Below, piece by piece: positions 1 through 10,193 of a stretch of 64,000 nucleotides of DNA; the first letter of the stretch is position 1, and every line of letters begins with the position of its first letter. Position numbers and translations under genes: made by a program. The stretch is from an uncultured virus (IMG/VR IMGVR_UViG_3300042465_006498) (lineage: Duplodnaviria > Heunggongvirae > Uroviricota > Caudoviricetes): the IMG/VR virus record IMGVR_UViG_3300042465_006498; one strand, 5' to 3'. The notes beneath the pieces were generated by a model. The model did not search any database, was not told where the DNA came from, and worked only from the letters and a program-made list of their open reading frames with translations.

Positions 1-2
1 AT

Positions 3-926
3 AGCTACGGTCAATATGCTGGCAACGAAGTACAAGGCGTCTCGGCAGTAGCTATTGGCAACAATGCTGGTTATACTGGTCAAGGCATAAGTTCTGTGGC
101 CATTGGCCAAGGTGCTGGTTTGACCAATCAAGGTAATCAAAGTGTTGCAATTGGACAAAATGCTGGCGCCACCCAAGGATCAACAGCAGTGGCAATTGGA
201 CAAAATGCCGGTGGCGGTGTTGCTTTGCAAGGTGACGACGCAGTGGCCATTGGCCACAGTGCAGGCGAAAATACTCAAGGCACACAATCAGTAGCCATTG
301 GATTATATACTGGCCAAACCACACAAGGCATCCAATCAGTAGCCATTGGAGCGTATGCTGGATTGTCTGCACAAGGCAATGTTACAGTGGCCATTGGCGT
401 TGGTGCTGGCGCAACCACACAAGGCACTCAATCAGTTGCTGTTGGTAGGCAAGCTGGGGAAACCACACAAGGTGCGTATTCTGTAGCAGTTGGAGACACC
501 GCCGGACAAACCACACAAGGTATCCAATCAGTAGCAGTGGGGCAACGAGCTGGATTCTCCAATCAAGGTCCTTCAGCAGTGGCCATAGGATCGTATGCTG
601 GTAATTCAGCACAAGGCGAGCGAACAGTAGCAGTCGGAGTGGGTGCTGGAATAACTTCACAAGGTAATAGTTCAATAGCCATAGGAGCATTTGCTGGTAA
701 CTCAAGCCAAGGAACATATTCTATAGCAATTGGATCTAATGCTGGTGACGTCAATCAAGCCAACAACTCAATTATTCTAAACGCCATGGGCGGTCCATTA
801 AATCAAACCACTGCCAACACATTCACAGTGAAGCCTGTGCGCAACGGTGGATCCAGTGGATTACCTGCAGGCTTCTATCAAATGGCATACAATCCCACCA
901 CAGGTGAAATTGTTTACTACACTTAA
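3..926 (+). CDS. Tail fibre/adhesin-like protein, C-terminal part (5' truncated by window edge), ~14-aa QGxxSVAIGxxAG repeats
   Basis: Frame is open from base 3 (SYGQYAGNEVQGVSAVAIG...). Many tandem S/A-V-A-I-G repeats resemble YadA-head beta-roll repeats; short C-terminal YNPTTGEIVY motif. Confidence 0.7.
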   Translation, partial: SYGQYAGNEVQGVSAVAIGNNAGYTGQGISSVAIGQGAGLTNQGNQSVAIGQNAGATQGSTAVAIGQNAGGGVALQGDDAVAIGHSAGENTQGTQSVAIGLYTGQTTQGIQSVAIGAYAGLSAQGNVTVAIGVGAGATTQGTQSVAVGRQAGETTQGAYSVAVGDTAGQTTQGIQSVAVGQRAGFSNQGPSAVAIGSYAGNSAQGERTVAVGVGAGITSQGNSSIAIGAFAGNSSQGTYSIAIGSNAGDVNQANNSIILNAMGGPLNQTTANTFTVKPVRNGGSSGLPAGFYQMAYNPTTGEIVYYT

Positions 927-933
927 TATTAAT

Positions 934-1368
934 ATGAAAAAACTCTTCCTACTCTTACTTGTATTACCTGTGCTGGCCGTTGCACAAAAAACGCCCAAAG
1001 GCGTGGTGTATGATGCACAAATTATTAGAGTGAGTGATGGCGACACTATTGTGATCGCCGCCCCCTTTTTACCTGCTCCGCTCAAACCAGAACTGGCTGT
1101 TAGAATCTTTGGAGTTGACACGCCCGAAAAAGGACATCGTGCCCAATGTCCCCGAGAAAATGAACAAGCACTCGTGGCGAGTAAATTTACAACCCAAGCC
1201 ATTACAGGATCTAAAAAACATCAAGTTATTATCTATGGATGGGATAAGTTTGGTGGCCGTATCTTGGGAGATATCTTGGTAGACGGACAAAGCATTCGTC
1301 AGGGTCTCATTGTCAATGGCCTGGCCCGTGAATACTACGGCGATGCCAAAGTCAGCTGGTGCAACTGA
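934..1368 (+). CDS. Thermonuclease (SNase-like) with signal peptide
   Basis: MKKLFLLLLVLPVLAVA signal peptide; SNase motifs VSDGDT, VRIFGVDTPE, DKFGGRILG. Confidence 0.85.
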   Translation: MKKLFLLLLVLPVLAVAQKTPKGVVYDAQIIRVSDGDTIVIAAPFLPAPLKPELAVRIFGVDTPEKGHRAQCPRENEQALVASKFTTQAITGSKKHQVIIYGWDKFGGRILGDILVDGQSIRQGLIVNGLAREYYGDAKVSWCN

Positions 1369-2423
1369 ACACACCAATAGCGTTTGATTTAACAACACCC
1401 TACGCAGTGTTGCCTCATGACGCTGCATTCGTTTTTTTGATACTACCCGAAGGCAGTGCAATAATACACACCAGCCTACCGCGTTCTGAATCTGTTGATT
1501 TTGATTCTTGGGAACATCAAGTAAAGCAACTCCCGTTGGGATATAGATTTTTTATTGATCACAGTTACGACCCTGTTAAAATCAGCAACAGCGATATCTT
1601 GTGTTTGTTGGATTTAATAAAAAATCACCACCCAGCGTCAGACCCAGTTTTTTTGTCTAGCAAGTGTGATCATTATTTTGCTGAGATCCCGGGAATTGTG
1701 TATTTTCCTTGTTTCTTTTTTTATAATTTTGGTAGGTTAACACCTCGTGCTAGAAACAAACGCATTGGCTGCTTGAACAGACAAAACACTCCGCATCGTC
1801 CTTGGCTGATGCACAACTTGTTGAGCCAAAGGTTGTTGGATCAAGACAGAGATATATACAGTGTTAGTTTTGCTAGCCCATATGATCTCGCTAGTTATAC
1901 CAATGTTGACGGATGGTTGCAACACACGCAGCAAGTAAATCATTTGTTGAGACAATACCCTCCGCAAATTGCTACCAACCCTGACGGTTTTCCCAACGAT
2001 GTCAACACTGTAGATCATCCTGCCTGGCACACTGCTATCACTATAGTGACCGAAACAGAACCAGGCGATCGCACCATGATATCAGAAAAAACACCCAAGG
2101 CCATAGTGGCCAATTGTTGTTGGACTGCATACATGGGCGAGTCAGGATATCAATTGTTGGAAGCTTTTGGGTTTGCTCCTAGATTTTTTGAACAGCATGC
2201 CGAAAGCACTGACATTGAGCCTATAATTCATATATGTTCCACTTTGGATACTGAATCTGTTGCTGCTGACTACCGCAATCAGTTTCTGGACCAAATTGAT
2301 CACAATGCCAAATGGTACGGTAAAAACATTGAATCAGATGCACAACACAAAATTCTACAGGCTCGAACAGCCAGTCCGTGGTACAATCGCTGGTATTTTA
2401 AATTTCAAAAAGAAATCAACTGA
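1359..2423 (+). CDS. Hypothetical protein, possible glycosyltransferase-like (xTET...SEKT motif)
   Basis: 354-aa ORF; CLNR...HR and IVTET...ISEKTPKA motifs shared with ORF 48208. Confidence 0.5.
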   Translation: MQLNTPIAFDLTTPYAVLPHDAAFVFLILPEGSAIIHTSLPRSESVDFDSWEHQVKQLPLGYRFFIDHSYDPVKISNSDILCLLDLIKNHHPASDPVFLSSKCDHYFAEIPGIVYFPCFFFYNFGRLTPRARNKRIGCLNRQNTPHRPWLMHNLLSQRLLDQDRDIYSVSFASPYDLASYTNVDGWLQHTQQVNHLLRQYPPQIATNPDGFPNDVNTVDHPAWHTAITIVTETEPGDRTMISEKTPKAIVANCCWTAYMGESGYQLLEAFGFAPRFFEQHAESTDIEPIIHICSTLDTESVAADYRNQFLDQIDHNAKWYGKNIESDAQHKILQARTASPWYNRWYFKFQKEIN

Positions 2424-2435
2424 CTTAAATACCCA

Positions 2436-3566
2436 ATGGCATCCAATTTCTTTTGTGCTGCACCCTGGCGCGGCCTACACATCAATCCTCGAGGAGATGT
2501 TAAAACCTGTTGTGCAGGCGATCCCAACATGCTGGGCAATCTCAACTCCAGCACTATTGCGGAAATCTTGCACAGCCCTGCGATGCAAGACATACGTCAA
2601 AGCATACGACGCGGGGAATCACATGCCTACTGCTACAACTGTGTGCAGGCCGAACGTTACGGCCGAAGTGAACGAGATTGGCACAACAACCTAAATCCTG
2701 AATTTGATCCTGCTACAGCCAGCTTGACAGAACATCATCCAGTGCTGGTGGACATACGTTGGAATACCACCTGCAATCTTTCCTGCAATTACTGTGCTGA
2801 AGCCTGCAGTTCAAAGTGGGCCGCCCTCAAACAACTGTCTGTTGCTAGTGGGGCTCGGCCCTATTATGAATCAGTCTGCGACTACTTGGCTCAACATCAG
2901 GAGAATATTCGAGAAGTTGCTTTGGTAGGCGGCGAGCCTTTGTTGTTGCCTGAAAACGAACGCTTGCTGGACGTGATTCCTGAAGATTGTGTAGTAACCT
3001 TGATTACCAATGGCAGTGTAGAATTAGACAACAACCGGATATTTCAAAAGCTGGCTCAACGCAAAAAAGTAGGGTGGAGCATCAGTTTTGACAACGTGGA
3101 ATCTCGATTTGAATATGTAAGGCATGGTGCCAACTGGGACTTGTTGTTGCGCAATCTTGATCGTATACAACAGCTAATGACGTCTCAAGGACACTGGGGA
3201 GGCATACATGCTGTGTACAATATTTACAATGCTTCACGACTACAGGAGTTTCATGAGTTTGCTAGATCACGTGACCTTGCAATACATTGGCAAAGTCTGT
3301 ATCAGCCTGAATGCCTGGATCCCAGCAGACTAGGAGCAGATGTTATGGCCATGGCCCGCAGTGAGATCAAGATCTTGTTGAATCGCAACATCTGCTTGCC
3401 CACTGAACATGAGTTTTTTGAAAATGTGCTACATGCTCAGCACAACAATGATGACCTAAGGTCGGCCTTGGCACAACATGTGCATAAAATAGAACACCTG
3501 TATCACAAGAATCAACAAGGACAGTTTGCTCAGTTATGGCCCGAACTGGAGAAACTATGCAAATAA
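2436..3566 (+). CDS. Radical SAM protein with N-terminal SPASM/Twitch-like Cys domain
   Basis: CNLSCNYC motif, GGEPLL, ITNG; N-terminal CAAPW...GDVKTCC...CYNC. Confidence 0.85.
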   Translation: MASNFFCAAPWRGLHINPRGDVKTCCAGDPNMLGNLNSSTIAEILHSPAMQDIRQSIRRGESHAYCYNCVQAERYGRSERDWHNNLNPEFDPATASLTEHHPVLVDIRWNTTCNLSCNYCAEACSSKWAALKQLSVASGARPYYESVCDYLAQHQENIREVALVGGEPLLLPENERLLDVIPEDCVVTLITNGSVELDNNRIFQKLAQRKKVGWSISFDNVESRFEYVRHGANWDLLLRNLDRIQQLMTSQGHWGGIHAVYNIYNASRLQEFHEFARSRDLAIHWQSLYQPECLDPSRLGADVMAMARSEIKILLNRNICLPTEHEFFENVLHAQHNNDDLRSALAQHVHKIEHLYHKNQQGQFAQLWPELEKLCK

Positions 3567-4330
3567 TTAATGCGCCGCCGTGGCACTCAGGGCTTGGTGA
3601 CGCCGGAAAAAGTCTTGAATGGCTGCCTACAGATTCAAAAGAAAATTACGAAAAGTTGATGCAAGATACTGTGCATCAAGAATACTTTGCTCGTATGGGA
3701 TGGGATCAACCAGGTGCAATTACCTACAACATAAACTCTGACGGATTTAGAAGCCAGGAGTTTGATACCCTGGACAACTGCATGATTGCTTTGGGTTGTA
3801 GCTACACTATGGGAATTGGGTTGCCGATAGACGCGGTGTGGTCCAGCCTAGTTGGACAACAACTCAACCTAGACGTGGCAAATCTTGCCTGGGGCGGTAA
3901 CAGTGCTGATACTTGTTTTAGATTGGCAAAATATTGGATACCAATACTCAAGCCCCAGTTAGTGGCCATGCTGGCACCGTTCCCGGCACGTCTTGAATTA
4001 TTGGTGGACTATTCTGCAGATTCAACATTAACGACAGCCGAAATATTTACACCAGGGGCCCGTCCTATGCTGTCAGATGGTTATCAAAATGAATTTTTAA
4101 AACATTGGTTTCTGATAGAAGAAAATCAACAAATAAATCAAGTTAAAAACTGTCTTGCTATACAGCAATTGTGCCATGTGCACAATATCCCTTGTGTAAT
4201 TGAACATGCTGCTGATTACATGCAGGTTGATAGAAACAAAATTGGCTATGCTAGAGACTACATGCACGGCGGCCCGATTGCACACAAAAGAATAGCGGAT
4301 AAAATATTAAATGATTGCACCCAAAAATAA
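3557..4330 (+). CDS. SGNH/GDSL-hydrolase-like protein
   Basis: LGCSYTMG (GxS block I), NLAWGGNS (block II), DYMH near the C-terminus (DxxH); GGAG upstream of ATG 3557. Confidence 0.6.
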   Translation: MQIINAPPWHSGLGDAGKSLEWLPTDSKENYEKLMQDTVHQEYFARMGWDQPGAITYNINSDGFRSQEFDTLDNCMIALGCSYTMGIGLPIDAVWSSLVGQQLNLDVANLAWGGNSADTCFRLAKYWIPILKPQLVAMLAPFPARLELLVDYSADSTLTTAEIFTPGARPMLSDGYQNEFLKHWFLIEENQQINQVKNCLAIQQLCHVHNIPCVIEHAADYMQVDRNKIGYARDYMHGGPIAHKRIADKILNDCTQK

Positions 4331-5894
4331 TTTAGAAACAGTGCTGGTCAAAGCACCGCATCGACAAGAACTCTACTCTGAACAAGAACTGCAAGAGTTT
4401 GCTGCCTGTGCTGACCCTGTGACCGGGCCGCTGTATTTCATGGACAACTTCTTTTATATCCAGCATCCCACACGAGGCAAGATGCTGTATCATCCGTATG
4501 ATTATCAGAAACGACTGATCCATACCTATCACAACTATCGATTTTCAATCAGTCTAATGCCGCGACAAACAGGCAAGTCAACTAGTGCAGCCGGCTATCT
4601 GTTGTGGTATGCTATGTTTGTGCCGGATTCCACAATCTTGATTGCTGCACACAAGTACACAGGTGCACAGGAGATTATGCAGCGTATCAGATATGCATAT
4701 GAACTGTGTCCCAATCACATACGGGCAGGCAGTACCAGCTACAACAAAGGATCTGTGGAGTTTGACAACGGAAGCCGCATTGTATCGCAGACCACAACAG
4801 AAACCACAGGCCGGGGTATGAGTATTTCCTTGTTGTACGCTGACGAATTTGCATTTGTGAGGCCCACCATTGCCAAAGAGTTCTGGACGTCCATGTCGCC
4901 TACCTTGGCAACAGGTGGTAAAGCCATTATTACCAGTACCCCCAACTCAGATGAAGATCAGTTTGCGTTCTTGTGGAAAGGGGCCAACAAGACCGAAGAC
5001 GAGCACGGCAATCCTACTGAACTGGGCAGCAACGGATTTCGAGCGTTTCGCAGCTATTGGCGTGAGCATCCTGAACGTGGAGACCAATGGGGAGCAGAGC
5101 AACAGGCCCAACTGGGCGAAGAACGCTTTCGCCGAGAGATTGACTGCGAGTTTGTGATCAACGATGAGACTTTGATTGCTCCTATCAAGCTGATGGACAT
5201 AGAAGGTATAGAGCCTGTGCGTAAATTAGGCCAAGTTCGCTGGTATTCTGAACCCAAGCCCGATTCTATGTATATCGTTGCTCTGGACCCAAGCCTAGGC
5301 ACCGGCAGCGATCCTGCGGCTATACAAGTGTTTGAAGCAGGCACAACTGAACAGGTGGCTGAATGGCGGCACAACCGTACTGACATACCCACACAGATAC
5401 GCATCTTGGTAGACATTATCAAAGAGTTGCATGCAGTTACCAAGGATGACAAAAGCATCTATTACTCCGTGGAAAACAACACACTGGGCGAAGCAGCACT
5501 GATCTCCATTGCTGAATATGGGGAAGAAAACATTCCAGGCTATTTTCTCAGCGACAACTCAGTCACAGGCAGTTCAGGGCGCAGATTCCGCAAGGGCTTT
5601 AACACCACTCACAAAAGCAAAATCACAGCCTGCAACAAGTTCAAAATTCTTGTGGAATCTGGTCGTATGAAGATACGCAGCAGACCCCTGGTCAGTGAGC
5701 TCAAGAACTTTGTGGCACTGGGCACCAGTTATGCTGCCAAGCCCGGCGAAACTGACGACTTGGTCATGGCCAGTTTGCTAGCGGTTCGCATGCTGATGAT
5801 GCTGCAGACCTATCATGCTGAACTGGACACGCACCTCAAAGATCACGGAGACTCTATTGTAGAGCCATTCCCATTCATATCTGTGATGGGCTAA
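4311..5894 (+). CDS. terL: Terminase large subunit (T4 gp17-like)
   Basis: Walker A PRQTGKS, Walker B LYADEFAF, TSTPN coupling motif, nuclease DPSLG and DDLVMA. Confidence 0.93.
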   Translation: MIAPKNNLETVLVKAPHRQELYSEQELQEFAACADPVTGPLYFMDNFFYIQHPTRGKMLYHPYDYQKRLIHTYHNYRFSISLMPRQTGKSTSAAGYLLWYAMFVPDSTILIAAHKYTGAQEIMQRIRYAYELCPNHIRAGSTSYNKGSVEFDNGSRIVSQTTTETTGRGMSISLLYADEFAFVRPTIAKEFWTSMSPTLATGGKAIITSTPNSDEDQFAFLWKGANKTEDEHGNPTELGSNGFRAFRSYWREHPERGDQWGAEQQAQLGEERFRREIDCEFVINDETLIAPIKLMDIEGIEPVRKLGQVRWYSEPKPDSMYIVALDPSLGTGSDPAAIQVFEAGTTEQVAEWRHNRTDIPTQIRILVDIIKELHAVTKDDKSIYYSVENNTLGEAALISIAEYGEENIPGYFLSDNSVTGSSGRRFRKGFNTTHKSKITACNKFKILVESGRMKIRSRPLVSELKNFVALGTSYAAKPGETDDLVMASLLAVRMLMMLQTYHAELDTHLKDHGDSIVEPFPFISVMG

Positions 5895-5911
5895 CGCATA
5901 AATAACACACT

Positions 5912-8900
5912 ATGGCACAAGAAAATATATCCGTACAATTAAATGACCTGTTGGCCAGCCGCGACTTTCAGGCCGAACTGCTGGACCGTGAAGGCCGCCC
6001 CACTGATGCCGAAAACGCCGACATTTTTACATTTGACTATGTGAGCAGCAGCGGCAAAGACTACGGCACCATGGTTATTATTCTGGATGCTGAAAACGAA
6101 ATGCAAGTGTTCTACGGGGACAATCTGGGGCGTAGCATGGAAGGCAACGATAAAAACGAATTCTTTGACTTTGTGCAGCACCTACACAAGTTTGCCAACA
6201 TGCGACGTTGGACCTACAGTCCCAAGAACATCAACCAAGTCAAGTACACCATGCAGGGTCTTGCTGCCATCAAAGAAGGCCTGTTTGAAGGATATTACGG
6301 TACTCGAAAAGTCAGTTACTCAGGCGAACCCACTCAGGCTCGGCTGGTAATACAACACAATCGACCCCTGGGCGAAACAGATGCTCGATATCGTTATGTA
6401 GAAAGCTTGTTTATTGAAACAGCTGATTCACAACGATTCAAACTGCAGTTCAAGAATCTAACCGGTGCTCGAGCCATGCTGGAACATGTGCGTCAAGGTG
6501 GCTTCCCTTACGATGTGCGTGGCAGCCATATCACTGAAACAGTGAATGAAATTGCCACATTATCAAGATTCAATCGTGCCAGCGCTGGCCGTGTACTGGA
6601 AGGTATCACTGCTGAACTGGTGACCGAAGCACAGACCTACTACAAACGTCTGCGTGAAAACATGAAACGCATGGCAAGCCCTCGTGGTTACAGTGCGTAT
6701 TTTGAAACTTGGCATCCTGCCACCATTGACGAACAACAAGATCTGGTGGAAGATATCAAAACACTGTTCATTGAACAGACCCTGGACACACGAATTGAGG
6801 CAGCATTGCCGCTGTTGGCCAGAATACAACAACAAGGAAACGCTATGAAAGAAGCACAAATTTTTGAAAACTGGATCAACAACCTGGCCGAGGGCACCTG
6901 GAGTTTGCCCGAAACACCTGAGCAATTGAACCGGCTCAAAGAGCTCATGAGCCGCGAACTGATTGTGGGACCTGATGCTACCAATGCCACAGAGCAACTG
7001 TATGACTTGGTGGGTGATGATATCTTGTTTGATCGACTGAGTGAACTGGCTGAGAAAGATCCCAGAGCCAATGCCTGGAACGATACAGAAGTTATGAATC
7101 GGCTGGCTGAACTGGGCATTCAAATGCCCGAACCCTCTGTGCCCGGCAATCCTGCTGAACCGCAAACAGCGCCAGCTGAACCTGTTGCAGCAGCACCGGC
7201 AGCACCGACAGCACCAGTGCCAGTAACAGAATCTGCAGAACTCAACACCATACTGAAGTATGCTGGCATTCCATTAAGAGAAGGTGTATTAGATGACGTC
7301 AGAGCCAGAATGGATGCAAGACGTAATCCTGCTGCTGTTAAACTTGCTGCAACTCCCGCAGCACAGCCTGCTGCAGATTATACACCTCAAGTAGGTGATG
7401 AAGTTTTGTGGCGTCATAGTGATCCTAGATCAAAGATGATGCCAATGCCGGGAACAGTGTTGGCCGTTGCTCCGGGCAAAGTTACACTTAAAATATACAG
7501 CAAGCGCATGATTCAGGACCAGGGCAAAGACACTATTGATCTTGATCTTAATCATTATACCGTAATGCCAAAGCAAGCAGCAACATCAGAAGCCCTTGAC
7601 AGACTACCGCGACCTGACAATTGGAAGCCACCAGTACCCAATCCTGGTCCTCGGCCTGCTCCACAAAAACAAACGGAAGTTGGAGATATCATTGGCTTTT
7701 CTCCACAAAATTACGATGCAACTGCAAGTGGTAAAGTTTTCAAAGCTGAAGTGCTAGAGATAGGCGGAAGGCTTGGCAAAAGTGGACTTTTACTCAAACT
7801 TTTAAATCCCGAAGACATTGCTGCCAACGGCGGAAAAGACACCATGAAGATTTCTTATCATTTTGCAAATATTAAAAATCCATATGTTGAAAAAGCACCA
7901 TCGGCCCAGAATCCAGCAGGCTCTGCTACTTCGCCCGAAACTATTAAGAACGATGCTGTTGATTCTAAAGGCCGCACACAAGATCAATGGGAAAAGGCAG
8001 TTATGGCCAAGTACCCCGATGCTCAAATTCAGAAAACTATGGGAATTAACAGTCCTATGCTAGCAATTTTGCCCGATGGTAAAAGATTATCGTGGAAAAA
8101 GGCATCGCCTACCGCTACCCTAGACGAAGCTGGCGAATGGAAAGCAGAAGCTGACGACTTCAAAGAATGGTCAAACCATGTCAAAAACGAGTTGCTGGAT
8201 GTTGCGCCAAGTCAACGCTTTGCTATGGCAAAACGATTAAGTCAAATTGAGATGAAACATTTTGGCGCTGGCCAGGCAGCAACATCATTTAATAATCAAA
8301 CTGGCGCATCCACTGGCAACAGCAGCGGCATGACAACCACGGTACAACACATCTTGGATGCAATCAACGATGGTAAACTTACAGCAGCAACTTCGTCTGC
8401 TGCCACCGCTGCTATAGCCAGCGCCGGAACCACACAACAAACACCCTTTGGATCAGTTAATAGACCAGCAGGCCAGCCTGATCCGTATCAAGCATCACCA
8501 GCTTTGGCCAGCGGTGACCGCCCAGCTGCTGTTGCTGCACAGAATCGACCAAGGCCACAACAAGGTGGCGGTAGCATCCGGATATTAAGAACTGAACAAG
8601 ACTGGGAAGAGGCTCTAAATGATCCTGATAGAAATCGAGACCTAGGTGCTGATGGCCCAACGACTGCTGCTGGTTTCGGGGCAGCAATGGCAAAATTGCC
8701 AAGTTGGAAAGTAATGCTGTCAACTATTCTGTTAGGGCTAAAACTTCCTATTGTTGGTGACAAGATAAGAAATATACTAACATCCAAGATGAAGGATGAG
8801 TTTGGAGTTTCTATGTCTCCTAAAGAAGTAATAGAATACATGGGGCATGTTAGAAATACTGCACCCGACCAAATTGTACCACCAGCTGTTTGGAAGTTTG

Positions 8901-10009
8901 AAAAGGACGGCGGCGATTATGAAACTGCGCTTGAACAATTGCCGGATGACGCAGTATCTGTTCGTCCAGCAGAAGTCATGTCTTCTATCGCAAACGATTT
9001 GATTTCAGCAGGTGTTGCCCAAGAAATCAAGCCAGAAGATGAAACTTCAAGTGGCGCAGGTGCGTTTGGTAATATGGCTTCGCAATTGACAAAAAAGGAT
9101 GAACCAGTGGCAGAATCTACAGAACTCAACACCATGCTGAAGTATGCTGGTATCCCAGTGGCCGAAAGCCGTGTGCTGGATGAAGCCGGTGAAACAATTG
9201 ATCACATACTGAACCGTTTCAAACACGAAGTTGCACAATTTGAGCAAGGTAATGATCTTGATGACAATCTCTACGATGCATTGTATGACTACTATTCGGA
9301 CAAGGGAGAGATTCCATATGGCATTGCCAAAGCTCGCACAGGTGATCCATACGAATGGATAACTGATAGATTGGATCAAGAACTTGGAACCGGCAATCAT
9401 GCCATGCGTGATCTACCCGAAGCTGACCCAATCTCCACATTTGAAGTCATGAGCGGATTTGATACTCCAGTAGCCGAAGGTTCATGCAACATGACGTCAG
9501 AAGGTGCCTACTGTCCCGACCACGGCCTGGCCGAATGCGCCATGGAAGAAGAAAAAGATATAACCACGCCTGGCGAAAAAATATTAGGAGCAACTACTGG
9601 TGCTGCCATTGGTGCTCTTGCAGGCAATTACATTGGCGACCGAAGTAGCATCGGCACGCTCGGTGGCCTTGCACTTGGGGGGATAGCTGGTAATAAGATT
9701 GCTACAACCGCCGGAAATAAAAATGTTGGTAATAAGATTAATCAAGATTCAAATTGGGGAGTAGGTGAACAACAAACAGCAGAAGGTTGGAAAGGTGAAT
9801 TAGCTGGCGGAACAGCCGGTGGTATAGCCGGCACCTTAGCAGGTACTGCGATGGGCGGCCCAGTAGGCGGGCTTATTGGCGGCGCAGCAGGAGGCACTGG
9901 TGGTGCCATGACTGGCCGCAAACTAACCAAAGAAACTGGCAGCTACTACGAGTCTCGCGATGGTGATGCTCTTCTGGCAAGAATAAAATCCTTGGCACTG
10001 ATCAAATAA
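5912..10009 (+). CDS. Large modular protein, probable head/internal virion protein
   Basis: 1365 aa; follows terminase and a TAAATA motif; Pro/Ala linkers, duplicated ELNTxLKYAGIP motif, many [LIV]-x-E-[GAS] sites, C-terminal glycine zippers. Confidence 0.6.
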   Translation: MAQENISVQLNDLLASRDFQAELLDREGRPTDAENADIFTFDYVSSSGKDYGTMVIILDAENEMQVFYGDNLGRSMEGNDKNEFFDFVQHLHKFANMRRWTYSPKNINQVKYTMQGLAAIKEGLFEGYYGTRKVSYSGEPTQARLVIQHNRPLGETDARYRYVESLFIETADSQRFKLQFKNLTGARAMLEHVRQGGFPYDVRGSHITETVNEIATLSRFNRASAGRVLEGITAELVTEAQTYYKRLRENMKRMASPRGYSAYFETWHPATIDEQQDLVEDIKTLFIEQTLDTRIEAALPLLARIQQQGNAMKEAQIFENWINNLAEGTWSLPETPEQLNRLKELMSRELIVGPDATNATEQLYDLVGDDILFDRLSELAEKDPRANAWNDTEVMNRLAELGIQMPEPSVPGNPAEPQTAPAEPVAAAPAAPTAPVPVTESAELNTILKYAGIPLREGVLDDVRARMDARRNPAAVKLAATPAAQPAADYTPQVGDEVLWRHSDPRSKMMPMPGTVLAVAPGKVTLKIYSKRMIQDQGKDTIDLDLNHYTVMPKQAATSEALDRLPRPDNWKPPVPNPGPRPAPQKQTEVGDIIGFSPQNYDATASGKVFKAEVLEIGGRLGKSGLLLKLLNPEDIAANGGKDTMKISYHFANIKNPYVEKAPSAQNPAGSATSPETIKNDAVDSKGRTQDQWEKAVMAKYPDAQIQKTMGINSPMLAILPDGKRLSWKKASPTATLDEAGEWKAEADDFKEWSNHVKNELLDVAPSQRFAMAKRLSQIEMKHFGAGQAATSFNNQTGASTGNSSGMTTTVQHILDAINDGKLTAATSSAATAAIASAGTTQQTPFGSVNRPAGQPDPYQASPALASGDRPAAVAAQNRPRPQQGGGSIRILRTEQDWEEALNDPDRNRDLGADGPTTAAGFGAAMAKLPSWKVMLSTILLGLKLPIVGDKIRNILTSKMKDEFGVSMSPKEVIEYMGHVRNTAPDQIVPPAVWKFEKDGGDYETALEQLPDDAVSVRPAEVMSSIANDLISAGVAQEIKPEDETSSGAGAFGNMASQLTKKDEPVAESTELNTMLKYAGIPVAESRVLDEAGETIDHILNRFKHEVAQFEQGNDLDDNLYDALYDYYSDKGEIPYGIAKARTGDPYEWITDRLDQELGTGNHAMRDLPEADPISTFEVMSGFDTPVAEGSCNMTSEGAYCPDHGLAECAMEEEKDITTPGEKILGATTGAAIGALAGNYIGDRSSIGTLGGLALGGIAGNKIATTAGNKNVGNKINQDSNWGVGEQQTAEGWKGELAGGTAGGIAGTLAGTAMGGPVGGLIGGAAGGTGGAMTGRKLTKETGSYYESRDGDALLARIKSLALIK
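7220..7273 (+). repeat. Direct repeat copy 1 (54 bp) inside the 1365-aa gene
   Basis: 48/54 identical to 9104-9157; encodes PVTESAELNTILKYAGIP. Confidence 0.9.
9104..9157 (+). repeat. Direct repeat copy 2 (54 bp) inside the 1365-aa gene
   Basis: Encodes PVAESTELNTMLKYAGIP; 1884 bp (628 codons) from copy 1, same frame. Confidence 0.9.
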
Positions 10010-10024
10010 CATAAATAAAACAAA

Positions 10025-10114
10025 GAAGTGTGTGTAGTGGCACACACTTCCGTAAACAACTAGATAGGCAAAATTCTCTACCGTTAGTGGTAGGAAACAC
10101 AGACAGGCTGTGTT
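10025..10114 (+). promoter_or_regulatory. Three tandem stem-loops in the 5' leader of the SSB gene
   Basis: GAAGTGTGTG/CACACACTTC (10025-10050), CTACC/GGTAG (10078-10093), AACACAG/CTGTGTT (10096-10114). Confidence 0.7.
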
Positions 10115-10193
10115 AAAATAACCTTGTAGGCAACATTTAAGTAAATCTTAAATTTTTTAAAATCATATTAACGCACAAGAAAGGCAACACAAT

